A DNA stretch of 64,000 nucleotides, taken from Alphaproteobacteria bacterium. GTDB taxonomy: Bacteria; Pseudomonadota; Alphaproteobacteria; GCA-2731375. Below are positions 20,267-31,171 of the stretch, piece after piece. Both the position numbers and the translations under genes were made by a program. The stretch covers positions 3,456,001 through 3,520,000 of the forward strand of contig CBDDPY010000002.1 in NCBI GenBank assembly GCA_965232515.1. Reading direction: 5' to 3'. Numbering within the stretch: position 1 is the stretch's first letter; the number at the start of each line of letters is the position of its first letter. The notes below the pieces were generated by a model. It did not search any database and had not been told where the DNA came from. It saw nothing but the letters and a program-made list of their open reading frames with translations.

Positions 20267-20307
20267 AGAAGCGTCGCGAGGAGACGACGACAACTCTTCA
20301 GCGACTT

Positions 20308-21753
20308 TTATGAGCGCGGCTCCGTGTTCGCGTTCCATTGAATGCTGGCCAGCCAGCCGCGGGTGGCCTCCCGCGCTCGAGCCACCTCGTCGGCCCGCAT
20401 GGTGCCAATCAGCGCATCGCGGTTCGCCCGCACCTGCTCATAGAACCGGCGCACGCCGATCGCCGCGTCGGATGGCAGGTCCGTCGGCACCAGCCGGTCG
20501 CCGCCGCTCATGGGCGCGGCGATCTCGAACCACATCAGAGCCTCGACCTTGTCCGGCGCGGTGCCCAGGCCCATGCTGAACATGACGCCCAGGTTGTTCT
20601 GCGCGATGGCGTCCCCGCGCTCGGCCGCCTGGCGATACCAGGACATGGCACGACCGTAGTTCTGTTCGACGCCATGGCCGAAGAAGTACATGTTGCCGAG
20701 ATTGGTCTGGGCGGGGCTGAAGCCGGACCGGGCGGCGGTTTCGTACCAGCGCACCGCCTGTTTCAGATCGCTCAGCGCCTGGCGCAGGTCGCGGCGCAAG
20801 CCATCACCGCTTTCCAGCATGACGCCCAGGTTGAACTGGGCGGCGACATAGCCTTGGGCCTCGGCGCGGTGGAACAGATCGACCGCGATTTGATGGTCCT
20901 GCGGCACGCCACGGCCGGTGGCGTAGAGCACGCCGAGCCGGTTCAGCGCCGTCACCTGGTTCTTGGCGGCGGCCATGGCGTACCAGCGGGCGGCCTGAAT
21001 ATCGTCACGCGGCATGCCCTGTCCGGTCTCGTAGAGAAAGCCGAGATAGGTCTGTGCATGCACCTCGCCGCGCTCGGCAAGCGGCCGCCAGAAAGCGGCG
21101 GCGGTGCCGTAGTCGCGTCTGGTGAAGGCCTGCCAACCGGCCTCGAGATCGGCCCAGGCGGGCGTATGGCTGAACGAGACCTGAATGTTGGTGCGGCGGT
21201 TCGCCGACTGGCGCACGCCGTCCGGCGTCGGCACGGCGGGGTCGAACTCGCCGCGGGCGATGACCGAGACGTCGCGCGAACGGATGCCGAGGCGGACCAG
21301 CTCGGCGCGCGCCGCGTCGGCGCGGCGTGCCGAGAGCGCCAGATTGTAATCGTCGGGACCCGAACGGTCGGTATGGCCGATGGCCAGGATACGCACCGGG
21401 CCGCCCAGCGCCCGGATCTGCTCCGCTGCGGCGGCGATTTCAGACCGCGCCAGATCCGTCAGCTCGGCCGTGTCCCAGGGGAAGGTGACCAGAAAGGCCG
21501 GCGGATCGGGCGGCGGCTCGGCCGGCCGCGGTCCCGGCTGCAGCGCCGGCACCGGGTCGCCGGGCACCAGATTGAAGCCTAGCGCGCTCGGATAGGCCGG
21601 ATGGCCGGGATCGACGATCGTTTGACCGTCATTGCCTTGCGACATCGTGCTCGCGGTCAGTGCGGCCGATGACCGATCGTCGCTTTGCGCCAGCGCGCCG
21701 ACCGGGCACAAGGCCAGTCCGGCCGACAGCAGCAACGCGTGTCTCCTCAACAT
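20308..21753 (-). CDS. OmpA-like peptidoglycan-binding domain + Sel1-repeat protein
   Basis: Signal peptide, GHTDRSG..YNLALSARRA and NRR, then AQ.NLG.MY..G.G repeats. Confidence 0.88.
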   Translation of the reverse strand: MLRRHALLLSAGLALCPVGALAQSDDRSSAALTASTMSQGNDGQTIVDPGHPAYPSALGFNLVPGDPVPALQPGPRPAEPPPDPPAFLVTFPWDTAELTDLARSEIAAAAEQIRALGGPVRILAIGHTDRSGPDDYNLALSARRADAARAELVRLGIRSRDVSVIARGEFDPAVPTPDGVRQSANRRTNIQVSFSHTPAWADLEAGWQAFTRRDYGTAAAFWRPLAERGEVHAQTYLGFLYETGQGMPRDDIQAARWYAMAAAKNQVTALNRLGVLYATGRGVPQDHQIAVDLFHRAEAQGYVAAQFNLGVMLESGDGLRRDLRQALSDLKQAVRWYETAARSGFSPAQTNLGNMYFFGHGVEQNYGRAMSWYRQAAERGDAIAQNNLGVMFSMGLGTAPDKVEALMWFEIAAPMSGGDRLVPTDLPSDAAIGVRRFYEQVRANRDALIGTMRADEVARAREATRGWLASIQWNANTEPRS

Positions 21754-22035
21754 GAGCACCCCTCCCAATTTTCGGGTTTCGCTCCTCCTGTTGAAGAGAA
21801 GATGGCAGAGCTTTCTTATAATTACGTAATTGAATACAGTCGATTTAGATAAAATTTTAGGAAAAATCTTTCTCTGCAAAGAAAATAGACATGAGTATTT
21901 AGTGTTTATCTTGAAAAATGAAATAAAAAAGAAACGTCAGGCGTTCCTTTATCGACCCCGCTTTGCCGATCGGCAAACTATTTCAAACGATCAGGTAATC
22001 GCGGCGGCCGGATCGGTCCCGGCCGCCGCGCGCTA

Positions 22036-22581
22036 TCAATCGCTGGCCGTGGCGCTTTCGATGACGACAGCCTGGCCGGCGTCCATGTCGTAACGCAGCC
22101 GGGGCACGTGATCGAGGTCTGCGCCGGTGACGCGCACGAAGCGGGCCCCGGCGGGATAGTCGATGGCGTGAATCTCGGCACCGTCGTAGAGGCCGGCCAT
22201 GCCGGGATCGAGGCGGTAGTGTTTGATCTGTTCCAGCTTGGCCGCCCCGGCGCCGGCGCCGCCGTCGAGCCGGTCGAACTCGGTCATGTCGGTATAGTCG
22301 GTCGCCTGGCCGTAGATCGCCCAGGACGTGCCGTGATCGTGCGGCGGCGACTTGTGGCCCTCGTCGGTGACGTAGGCCAGCACGACGAAGCCCATGTCCG
22401 GATCTTCGTAGAGCGTGCGCCGGCCGACCGCCTGGTCGGGCCCGAGCTCGGCGGCCAGGAAATCGGGATCGGTCAACAGCCGTTCCAGATTGCGGCGGAC
22501 CTTGTCCCGGCCATCGCGGCCAGGTTCGGCGGCGAGCGCCGCACGGCTGTCTTGGCAGAACTGATCGAGATCGTAGCTCAT
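22036..22581 (-). CDS. cupin / cysteine dioxygenase-like protein
   Basis: SPPHDHG.SWAIYG and a downstream IH metal motif. Confidence 0.75.
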   Translation of the reverse strand: MSYDLDQFCQDSRAALAAEPGRDGRDKVRRNLERLLTDPDFLAAELGPDQAVGRRTLYEDPDMGFVVLAYVTDEGHKSPPHDHGTSWAIYGQATDYTDMTEFDRLDGGAGAGAAKLEQIKHYRLDPGMAGLYDGAEIHAIDYPAGARFVRVTGADLDHVPRLRYDMDAGQAVVIESATASD

Positions 22582-22620
22582 TACCCCTCCTCTTGCTCGA
22601 CTGGCAGACTGTGGCGACAC

Positions 22621-23379
22621 TCAACCGCGGCCGACGAACGGCATCTTGGTGGCCATCACGGTCATGAACTGGACGTTCGCGTCCAATGACAAGCTCGCCA
22701 TATGCACCACCGCGCGCGCCACGTTGTTGACATCCATCAAGGGCTCGACCTCGATCTTGCCGTTGGCCTGCGGCACGCCTTCCGCCATGCGGGCGGCCAT
22801 CTCGGTCTCGGCGTTGCCGATGTCGATCTGGCCGCAGGCGATGTCGTATTTGCGGCCGTCGAGGGCGGTCGACTTGGTGAGCCCGGTAACGGCGTGCTTG
22901 GTGGCCGTATAGGGCGCCGAGTTCGGCCGCGGCGCGTGCGCCGAGATCGAGCCGTTGTTGATGATCCTGCCGCCGCGCGGAGACTGGTCCTTCATCACCC
23001 GGAAGGCGGCCTGGGTGCAGTAGAACATGCCCGACAAATTGACATCGACGACGCTGCGCCATTGCTCGACACTGAGCTCTTCCAACGGGATGCCGGGCGC
23101 GTTCTGGCCGGCATTGTTGAACAGCACGTCGAGCCGGCCGAAGCCTTCGACTGACTTGTCGAAAAGCGCGTTCACGGAATCCGGATCGGCGACGTCCGTC
23201 GGCACGGCGAGTGCCCGCGATCCGGCCTCGCCTGCCTTGGCGATGGTCTCGGCGAGCGCCTCGGCCCGGCGTCCGGCCAGCGCCACCTGATAGCCCTCGT
23301 GCAGCAGCGCCACGGCGGCGGCCCGGCCGATGCCCGATCCCGCGCCCGTAACGATGGCGACCTTGCCCGCTCCCCTCAT
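22621..23379 (-). CDS. SDR oxidoreductase
   Basis: [12 protein letters not shown] and YTATK motifs. Confidence 0.92.
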   Translation of the reverse strand: MRGAGKVAIVTGAGSGIGRAAAVALLHEGYQVALAGRRAEALAETIAKAGEAGSRALAVPTDVADPDSVNALFDKSVEGFGRLDVLFNNAGQNAPGIPLEELSVEQWRSVVDVNLSGMFYCTQAAFRVMKDQSPRGGRIINNGSISAHAPRPNSAPYTATKHAVTGLTKSTALDGRKYDIACGQIDIGNAETEMAARMAEGVPQANGKIEVEPLMDVNNVARAVVHMASLSLDANVQFMTVMATKMPFVGRG

Positions 23380-23655
23380 GTCTCGATCCTCCGCTTTCCG
23401 CTATTTCCCACGCCCAGACCAGAAATTAGGCCGGTTCCATATGCGTGAGCAATGCGGAACCGTCATGTCCTGCCGCGTCGCCCGGTCGCCGGCAAACGCC
23501 TCAACCCTCCCTCAACGCGTATTTTGATGAATATATTCCCCAAATGACAGCAATGACCGACGAATACCAATCTAAGAGCGCCCCGAACCACGGTCTTTCG
23601 ACAATTCGTTTACGAAAATCGTCGAGAATCCGCATCGGCGCGAAATCGGTACCCC

Positions 23656-25404
23656 ATGTCCAGGCACTTCAGCATCGACATCTGCGGCGAGCTCGCCCGC
23701 CTCCGGGCGAGAGTCCGGGAACTCGAGGCCACGCTCGCGGAACGCGATCCGGCAGCGGACACGCCGGACGACACCGACCGTCGGCTGGAGGACTTCGCGG
23801 CCGTCGGCAACGGCTGGTTCTGGGAGACCGACGCCGACCTGCGCTTCACCTACATGTCGGACAGCGTCTTCGACATCACCGGCGTGCGGCCGGAATGGCA
23901 CTATGGCAAGACCCGGGCCGAAATCGGCGGCCCGGCCTCGGTGAGCGCGGAGGCGTGGAGCGCCCACCTGGCGCGGCTGGAGCGGCGCGAGCCGTTCAGC
24001 GATTTCGTGTTCCAGCGCGAAGGCCCGGACGGCATGAAATGGCTGCGCACCAGCGGCCGGCCGGTCTACGACGCCGAGGGCAATTTCGCCGGCTATCGCG
24101 GCTCGGCGAACGACGTCACCGCCGAGATCCTGGCGCAAAGCCACAGCCGGCAGCTGATGGCGGCGATCGAACGGCTGGATGAGCTGTTCGTGCTGTGGGA
24201 CGCGGACGACCGGCTGGTGGTCTGCAACCGCCGCTTTCGCGAGATCAATGGCGAGGTCGTCGAGACGACCGAGCCCGGCACCACGTTCGAAGCGCATATC
24301 CGCGCGGCCATCTCGGCCGGCCTCTACCCCGACGCAGACGCCGATCCCGAAGGCTGGTACGCCGACCGCATGGAACGGCATCGCAATCCGGGCGAGCCCT
24401 TCGAGCAGCAGCGGCAGGACGGCCGCTGGCTGTTGATTTCGGAGCAGCGTCTGTCGAACGGTTCGACGGCGACGATCTCGGCCGACATCACGGGCCGTAA
24501 GCAGACGGAACAGGATCTGCAGCATCAGCACGACGTCCTGGCGACGGCGCTGAACACCATTCCCGACGGCGTTCAGGTGCTGGACAGGGACCTAAAGCTG
24601 GTGGCCTGGAACGACCGCCTGTTCGAGGTTCTGAAGCTCGATGGCGAGACGATCCTGGCGGCCGAGAACCCGGGCAAGGCATTCCGCTACGCGCTCGCCG
24701 GCCGCGGCGAATACGGCCCGGGCGACGTCGACGAGCTGGTCGCGAGCCGCGAGGAGATCGCCCGCTCGCCGGTGCCGGTGCAGTACGAGCGCCAGATGGT
24801 GACCGGGAACTGGATCGAATGCCGGGGCAATCCGCTGGAGGGCGGCGGCTATCTGGCGATCTATCGCGACATCGACGACGCCAAGAAGATGTACGAACGG
24901 CTGGAGTTCCTGGCCTCAATCGATCCGCTGACCGAGTTGTCGAACCGGCGCAGCTTCCTCGAGGCGGCGAAATCGGAATTCCTGCGGGCCCAGCGCCACG
25001 AAAGGGAGCTGTCGTTCCTGATCCTGGACATCGACCACTTCAAGTCGATCAACGACCGGTTCGGCCACGCGGCGGGCGACGAGGCGCTGCGTCAGGTCGC
25101 CAAATGCTGCCGCGAAACCTTGCGGCGGTCGGACCATATCGGCCGCATCGGCGGCGAGGAATTCGCCGTAATGCTGCCCGAGACCGGACCCGAACTCGGC
25201 TACGAGGCCGCCGAGCGGCTGCGCCTCGCGCTGTCAAAGCTGGAGATTCCGACCGAGGACGAGGTGCTGTGGCTGACCGTCAGCATCGGCGGCATGACGG
25301 CGACGCCGGCGCACGACTCGGCCGAGCAGGTCATGGCCGAGGCCGACGCCGCCCTTTACGACGCCAAGCACGGCGGCCGCAACCGCGTGGTGTTTCGGCG
25401 CTAG
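23656..25404 (+). CDS. multi-PAS diguanylate cyclase
   Basis: PAS (WFWETD), two PAS-7-like repeats, DIDHFKSIND, RxxD I-site and GGEEF. Confidence 0.92.
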   Translation: MSRHFSIDICGELARLRARVRELEATLAERDPAADTPDDTDRRLEDFAAVGNGWFWETDADLRFTYMSDSVFDITGVRPEWHYGKTRAEIGGPASVSAEAWSAHLARLERREPFSDFVFQREGPDGMKWLRTSGRPVYDAEGNFAGYRGSANDVTAEILAQSHSRQLMAAIERLDELFVLWDADDRLVVCNRRFREINGEVVETTEPGTTFEAHIRAAISAGLYPDADADPEGWYADRMERHRNPGEPFEQQRQDGRWLLISEQRLSNGSTATISADITGRKQTEQDLQHQHDVLATALNTIPDGVQVLDRDLKLVAWNDRLFEVLKLDGETILAAENPGKAFRYALAGRGEYGPGDVDELVASREEIARSPVPVQYERQMVTGNWIECRGNPLEGGGYLAIYRDIDDAKKMYERLEFLASIDPLTELSNRRSFLEAAKSEFLRAQRHERELSFLILDIDHFKSINDRFGHAAGDEALRQVAKCCRETLRRSDHIGRIGGEEFAVMLPETGPELGYEAAERLRLALSKLEIPTEDEVLWLTVSIGGMTATPAHDSAEQVMAEADAALYDAKHGGRNRVVFRR

Positions 25405-26354
25405 CGCCGTTTTGCCGTCCGGTATCTCGACCATTGCTGGTCGATGAGCACGCCGACCAGGATCACCGTGCCCATGACCGCGAAGTTCAGCGAGCTGGGA
25501 ATGCCGAGAAGGTTCACCAGGTTTTGCAGGACCTGCAACAGGATGACGCCCAGCACCACGCCGACGATGGATCCCTCGCCGCCACGCAACGAGAACCCGC
25601 CGAGCACCGCCGCGGCGATGCCGTAGAGCTCGTAGAAGGAGCCGTGCGAGGCCGGCGAGATGGACCGCGTGTACATGGCGAAGAACACCGCCGAGACCGC
25701 CGTCAGGACGGCGCAGATGATATAGGCCGCGATGATGACGCGCTCGGTCCGGATGCCGGAATGGCGGGCGGCCTCGACGTTCTTGCCCACCGCGTAGAGA
25801 TGCCGGCCGAAGACCGTGCGGTGCAGCACCACCCACATGACGACGGCGATCACGGCGAAGGCGAAGAAGCTGTGCGGTATGCCGAGAAAGCGGCCGGTCG
25901 TCAGCCACTCGAGCGTGGGAAAGCTGTCGCCGAAGCCGAAGCCGGCCGTCGCGTCCTCGGTATAGAAGCGGGCGGCGCCCCGATAGATCAGCAGGCCGCA
26001 CAGCGTGACCACGAAGGGCTGCATGCCCATCTTCGTGACCAGAACCCCGTGAAACACGCCGATGACCAGGCCGAGCACCATCACGATGACAAGGGCGTAG
26101 CCCCATGGCACGCCGTGCGTGACGACGAGGTCGACAAAGATCACGCCGAGCAGGGCGATGATCGAACCGACCGAGAGCTCGATCCCGCCGGTGATGATGA
26201 CGAAGGCCTCGGCCAGCGAGAACATGCCAAACAGACCGACGAGGTTCGCCGTGTTGGCGATGTTGATGGGCGACAGGAAACGCGGGTTGATGAGCGCGAC
26301 GACGCCGCCGACCACGAAGATCAGCACCAGGAGGCCGAGATCCTTTTTCAGCAT
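25401..26354 (-). CDS. sugar ABC transporter permease (RbsC family)
   Basis: IITGGIELSVG, GKNVEAARHSGI and YELYGIAAAVLGG motifs. Confidence 0.9.
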   Translation of the reverse strand: MLKKDLGLLVLIFVVGGVVALINPRFLSPINIANTANLVGLFGMFSLAEAFVIITGGIELSVGSIIALLGVIFVDLVVTHGVPWGYALVIVMVLGLVIGVFHGVLVTKMGMQPFVVTLCGLLIYRGAARFYTEDATAGFGFGDSFPTLEWLTTGRFLGIPHSFFAFAVIAVVMWVVLHRTVFGRHLYAVGKNVEAARHSGIRTERVIIAAYIICAVLTAVSAVFFAMYTRSISPASHGSFYELYGIAAAVLGGFSLRGGEGSIVGVVLGVILLQVLQNLVNLLGIPSSLNFAVMGTVILVGVLIDQQWSRYRTAKRR

Positions 26355-27904
26355 GGCGCGGTCACGGGCCCGATCGACGTGCCGACGGCAAGCGTCAGCA
26401 CGTTCGATTCGCTGAATTCCGCGCGGTCGAGGAAACCCGCGATCGTCCCTTCGTGGACAACCGCGATGCGGTCGCTCACGCCGATCACCTCTTCCATGTC
26501 GCTGGAGATCATCAGGACGGCGACGCCGGCATCGGCCAGTTCCCGCAGCAGCCGGTAGATCTCGTTCTTGGCGCCCACATCAATGCCGCGGGTCGGTTCG
26601 TCGAACAGAATGACCCTCGGCCGCATGGCGAGCCATTTCGCCAGCACCACTTTCTGCTGGTTGCCGCCCGACAACGCGTTGGCGGCGACCTCGACGCCCG
26701 GCACCCGGATCGCCAGCCGTTGTCGCTGCGCCTCGGCGCAATCGGTTTCGGACGCGCGGTCGACGAGATGGCCCCGCGCATGACGCCTGAGATCCGGCAG
26801 CGTGATGTTCTCGCGAATGGACATGTCGAGGAACAACCCCTCCTGCTTGCGGTCTTCCGGCGCCAGATAGATGCCGCGGTCGATGGCGTCCTTCGGCGAT
26901 GCGATGTCGACGGGCGCGCCGTCGAGGCGGATTTCGCCGGCCAGCATGCGATCGATGCCGAAGATCGCGCGGACCAGCTCGGTGCGGCCCGAGCCCATCA
27001 GGCCGGCGAGACCCAGGATCTCGCCACGGCGAAGCTCGAGCATGACCGCGCTCTCGGGAAAGGCCGCCGTTCTGACGCCGCGGACAGCCAGCGCCACGTC
27101 ACCCGGCGGGCGCGCGGGCGGCGCGTAGAGCGATTGCAGGTCGCGGCCGATCATCAGCCGGATCATGCGGTCATGTTCGATCTGACCCCGGTCGAGCGTG
27201 CCCGCGAGCGCGCCGTCGCGCAGCACCACGACGCGGTCGGCGCAGCGCGCGACCTCGCTCAGCCGATGCGAGATGTAGATGATGGCGATGCCGTCGGCTT
27301 TCAGTTCGTCGACGATCCGCAGCAGCCGGTCCGTTTCGGCGATCGTCAGGCTGGACGTGGGTTCGTCCATGATGATGAGGCGGGCGTCATGGGTAAGCGC
27401 GCGGGCGATCTCGAGCAGCTGCCGCTGCGCGATCGAAAGCTCGGCGACCGGCGTGCGGGCGCCGTAGTCGACCCCCAGCTTGTCGAGGCTCGGCTGCACC
27501 AGCGCGCGGATCCGTGCGTTGTCGACGAAGCGGAACGGCCCACCCACTGACGGCTCGCGGCCGACCATGATGTTGGCGCCGACGTCCAGATTGTCGAACA
27601 GGTTCAGTTCCTGATGCACGAAGGCGATACCGGCGGCGAGCGACTGTGCGACCGAGAGCCGGGCATGCGCGGCGCCGTCGATGCGAATGACGCCGTCGTC
27701 GGGTCCGACAACGCCGCCGAGGACCTTCATCAGCGTGGATTTCCCGGCGCCGTTTTCACCGATCAGGCCGACGACCTCGCCGGCGCGGATGGTGAGCGAA
27801 ACGCCGGCCAGCGCCGTGACGCCGGGATAGGTCTTATGGATGTCGATAAGCTCGACGAGCGCCGGCGGGTGCTTGCGCATGGACGATCCGACAGCATTCT
27901 TCAC
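26348..27904 (-). CDS. sugar ABC transporter ATPase (RbsA family)
   Basis: GENGAGKS, LSGGNQQKV and DEPTRGIDVGAK; two NBDs. Start may be 27880. Confidence 0.92.
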   Translation of the reverse strand: MKNAVGSSMRKHPPALVELIDIHKTYPGVTALAGVSLTIRAGEVVGLIGENGAGKSTLMKVLGGVVGPDDGVIRIDGAAHARLSVAQSLAAGIAFVHQELNLFDNLDVGANIMVGREPSVGGPFRFVDNARIRALVQPSLDKLGVDYGARTPVAELSIAQRQLLEIARALTHDARLIIMDEPTSSLTIAETDRLLRIVDELKADGIAIIYISHRLSEVARCADRVVVLRDGALAGTLDRGQIEHDRMIRLMIGRDLQSLYAPPARPPGDVALAVRGVRTAAFPESAVMLELRRGEILGLAGLMGSGRTELVRAIFGIDRMLAGEIRLDGAPVDIASPKDAIDRGIYLAPEDRKQEGLFLDMSIRENITLPDLRRHARGHLVDRASETDCAEAQRQRLAIRVPGVEVAANALSGGNQQKVVLAKWLAMRPRVILFDEPTRGIDVGAKNEIYRLLRELADAGVAVLMISSDMEEVIGVSDRIAVVHEGTIAGFLDRAEFSESNVLTLAVGTSIGPVTAPC

Positions 27905-27923
27905 ATGGAAAGCGCTGGCGATG

Positions 27924-27968
27924 CCCGAACCGCGCCGAAACCGTCAGCGGGTTTCGGCGCGGTTCGGG
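27924..27968 (-). other. intercistronic stem-loop after the sugar SBP gene
   Basis: Perfect 19-bp inverted repeat CCCGAACCGCGCCGAAACC / GGTTTCGGCGCGGTTCGGG. Confidence 0.75.
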
Positions 27969-27975
27969 GCGGCGT

Positions 27976-28926
27976 CTACTTGCCGAGCCGCGACTTGAGC
28001 TCGGTCTCGAACGCGTCGACGTTGGCCTTGGTGATGACCTTGGTCGGCACGATGATCAGGCCGTCGGCGGGGATCATTGACTTGTCGCCCTCGCGGTAGG
28101 CGGCCATCAGCTTCATGCCGCGATAGCCCCATTCGAAGGGATCCTGCACGACGGTGCCGGCGAACAGGCCCTGGCGCACGGCGCCCAGCGTGACCGGATC
28201 CTCGTCGAAGGCGATGACCGTGACCTCGCCCAGCTTTCCGGCGGCGCGCAGGGCGTCGTAGATCTTGGGCGGATTGTACGAGTAGAAGCCGACCATGCAG
28301 TCGATTTCCGGGTTGGCGACCAGCACGTCGTCCACGTTGGCGCGCGCCCGGGCGAAGTCGACGTCGTCGGCGCGGGTATCGACCAGCTCGATTCCTTTGC
28401 CGGCGACCGCCTGCTTAAAGCCGTCGATCCGCTCGCGCGCGTTGTCGGCGCCCAGAAAGCCGACGAAGCCCATGCACTTGCCGCCGTTCGGCATCGCCTT
28501 GACCGCGATCTCGCCGGCCTGAACGCCGGCCGCCGTGTTCGACGAGCCGAGATAGGCGATGCGGTCGCTGTCGGGCGCGTCGCTGTCGGTCGTGAACAGG
28601 GGCACCTGGACGGCGATGCGGTTGAAAGCGTCGATCGACGTCTTCGGGTCCACCGAGGAGATCATGATCGCGTCGATCCCACCGGCGACCAGATCGTCCA
28701 TCAAGGCGTTTTGCAGGGCGGCCGTGCCCTGGGCGGGATAACGGAACTGCAGATCGTAGCCAGGCAGCTCGCCCTGGGCCTTCTTGACCCCGGCTTCCGC
28801 GAGCTTCCAGAAATCGGACGCCGCGTTCACCACGAACGCGAACGACGGTTTGTCCTCGGCCCGCGCGTTCGCGCCGACCGCCAGGGCCGCCGTCAACGAC
28901 AGCCCCAAGAGAAGCGTTTTCCTCAC
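27976..28926 (-). CDS. sugar ABC substrate-binding protein
   Basis: GTG start with GGAGA RBS, signal peptide, DFW, TDSDAP, AFDED and VVQDPFEWG. Confidence 0.9.
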   Translation of the reverse strand: MRKTLLLGLSLTAALAVGANARAEDKPSFAFVVNAASDFWKLAEAGVKKAQGELPGYDLQFRYPAQGTAALQNALMDDLVAGGIDAIMISSVDPKTSIDAFNRIAVQVPLFTTDSDAPDSDRIAYLGSSNTAAGVQAGEIAVKAMPNGGKCMGFVGFLGADNARERIDGFKQAVAGKGIELVDTRADDVDFARARANVDDVLVANPEIDCMVGFYSYNPPKIYDALRAAGKLGEVTVIAFDEDPVTLGAVRQGLFAGTVVQDPFEWGYRGMKLMAAYREGDKSMIPADGLIIVPTKVITKANVDAFETELKSRLGK

Positions 28927-29004
28927 CGTATGTTCTCCCTGTTGTTGGCACGGCGCGCCGTCGTCCGATGCGCCCGCCATTGTCGAGCGGATCGCATTAT
29001 CGAT

Positions 29005-29020
29005 CTATTACTAGTATTAG
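29005..29020. promoter_or_regulatory. putative LacI-family operator
   Basis: Near-palindrome CTATTACTAGTATTAG in the divergent promoter. A related ATAAATTAGTATTA lies at 31601. Confidence 0.5.
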
Positions 29021-29319
29021 TCAATTTCGATGCGAACTGTCGCAGTACGCTTCTCTCACGCATGCCGACCAGCCGCCAAACCGACGTATCGGATAGCGCA
29101 TGTGACACAAATTGGCCTCAAATACGTTCAAAAACTGAGAGAAATGACCAATCGAACGGCTCAAGCACATTGCCTTGTCAGCAACCATCTTTACCGATAT
29201 TTTCGTTTATCTATTAGTTTCAGTGTCGTAGCCCGTCCGGTACGCAGGCCAGACGGACGGGAATCCCCGCGGCATAAACGGCATGGCTTGCGGATCTGAC
29301 AGAACCGGATACAGACATC

Positions 29320-30084
29320 ATGCAGCCATACACGCAGTACACGAGCCTCAAAGACACGACGGTATTCGTCACGGGCGGCGCCTCGGGCATCGGCAAGGAA
29401 ATCGTTCACGCCTTCGCGGCGCAGGGATCGCGGATCGGCTTCGTCGATCTGGACGAACCCGGCGGCCGGGGGTTGCGGGCGCAGCTTCGCGACGACGGCG
29501 TCGACTGTGTGTTCGAACCCTGCGACCTGCGGGATATCGCCGCCCTGCGGCGCGCGTTCGTCGCGCTTGAAGACGCGTTGGGGCCGGCGGCGGTCCTGGT
29601 GAACAACGCCGCGCGCGACGACCGGCACGCCTGGGAGACGGTGGAGCCGGACTATTACGACGAGCGGATCGCCACCAATCTCCGGCACATGTTCTTCGCC
29701 ATTCAGGCGGTCGCGCCCGGCATGATCGCCCGCCGGCGCGGATCGATCATCAATTTCGGCTCGAATTCCTGGCTGGAAGCCACCGGCGGGATGCCCGTCT
29801 ACACCACCGCGAAGGCCGCCGTGCACGGCATGACCCGGTCATTCGCGCGGGACCTGGGCCAGCATCACATCAGGGTCAATACGGTGGTGCCGGGCTGGGT
29901 CATGACCGAGCGCCAGCGCGAACTATGGGCAACGGAAGAAGCGCTGGAGGCGCATCGGCGGCGCCAGTGCCTGCCGGAGTTGCTGCGACCGGAGCACCTT
30001 GCCAGGATGGTGCTGTTCCTGGCCTCGGACGATTCAGCGATGTGCACCGCGAACAACTTCCTCGTTGAAGCCGGATCTGTGTAG
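29320..30084 (+). CDS. SDR sugar dehydrogenase (D-xylose 1-dehydrogenase-like)
   Basis: YTSLK..VFVTGGASGIG, NNAARDDRH, NLRHMFF and YTTAK, reminiscent of Caulobacter XylB. Confidence 0.8.
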   Translation: MQPYTQYTSLKDTTVFVTGGASGIGKEIVHAFAAQGSRIGFVDLDEPGGRGLRAQLRDDGVDCVFEPCDLRDIAALRRAFVALEDALGPAAVLVNNAARDDRHAWETVEPDYYDERIATNLRHMFFAIQAVAPGMIARRRGSIINFGSNSWLEATGGMPVYTTAKAAVHGMTRSFARDLGQHHIRVNTVVPGWVMTERQRELWATEEALEAHRRRQCLPELLRPEHLARMVLFLASDDSAMCTANNFLVEAGSV

Positions 30085-30112
30085 CCTACAACGCAAGCGC
30101 CCCCGGGCGGCG

Positions 30113-31171
30113 TCAGGCCCGCGGCGGCGCGACCGAGTCGCGCTCCACCAGCACGCATTCCATCTTCAGCAGGATGTTCCGCTCCTGCTCGGAGACGATG
30201 TCGCTGGTGACGTATTCGGACGCCCAGGTGCCCATTTCACGGTGCGGCAGGATCAGCGTCGTCAGTTGCGGCGCCAGATGCCGGGCGACTTCTTCGTCGT
30301 CGTAGCCGACGACGCTGATGTCGTCGGGAATCCGCAAGCCCCGTTCCTTCAGGGCCTGGTAGCAGCCGACGGCCATGCGGTCGTTCGAGCAGAAGATACC
30401 CGTCGGCGGCGACGGCAGATCGAGCAGCGCATGCGTGTTCTCATAGCCCGCGCTGGTCTGCCAGTTGCCGTCCCGGACCAGCTCGGGATCGAACGGAATG
30501 TCGGCGGTGGCGAGCGCCCGGCGGTAGCCCTGGAGGCGGGCCTTGGACGCATCCATCCACATCTCGCCGGTGATGATGGCGATCCGACGGTGCCCGGCCT
30601 TGATCAACACGTCGGTCGCCCGATGGCCCCCGGCTGCCTCGCCCGGCACGACGGTCGGAAACACCCGTTCCTGGGCATAGCAATTCAGCAGTACGACGGG
30701 CACGTTCGCCAGGCGCAGGGCTTCCGGCAGGCGGACCTCGCGCGTCATGATCCTGGCGTAGAGGATCGCGCCGACATCCTGCGCCAGGACATGGCTGATG
30801 GTTCGCGCCTCCAGCTCTTCGTCATCCAGCGTCTGATAGACCGTCACCATATAGCCCGCGGCCCAGGCAGTCTGACAAACGCCGTCGATCGAGACGGCGG
30901 CTTCCGGACTGGTGCCGATGCGGTCGAAGATAATGGCGATATGCGGCGTCTGCTCGCGATCGGACCGCGGCCGCCGCGTGTCGCGCCACTTGTAGCCAAG
31001 CTCGCGCGCGCTTTGCAGGACCCGGTTCTTGGTCTCTTCGGAAATCCGGATGTTCGGCGACTGGTTCAGCACGACGGAGACGGTGGACTGCGAACATCCG
31101 GCGCGTCGCGCGACGTCTGTCATCGTGACCTTGGGCGCGGGCGTTTTTCGATGCTCGGTTTTCTTGTTCAT
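30113..31171 (-). CDS. LacI family transcriptional regulator
   Basis: TMTDVARRAGCSQSTVSVVLN HTH and RIPDDISVVGYDD. Confidence 0.93.
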   Translation of the reverse strand: MNKKTEHRKTPAPKVTMTDVARRAGCSQSTVSVVLNQSPNIRISEETKNRVLQSARELGYKWRDTRRPRSDREQTPHIAIIFDRIGTSPEAAVSIDGVCQTAWAAGYMVTVYQTLDDEELEARTISHVLAQDVGAILYARIMTREVRLPEALRLANVPVVLLNCYAQERVFPTVVPGEAAGGHRATDVLIKAGHRRIAIITGEMWMDASKARLQGYRRALATADIPFDPELVRDGNWQTSAGYENTHALLDLPSPPTGIFCSNDRMAVGCYQALKERGLRIPDDISVVGYDDEEVARHLAPQLTTLILPHREMGTWASEYVTSDIVSEQERNILLKMECVLVERDSVAPPRA

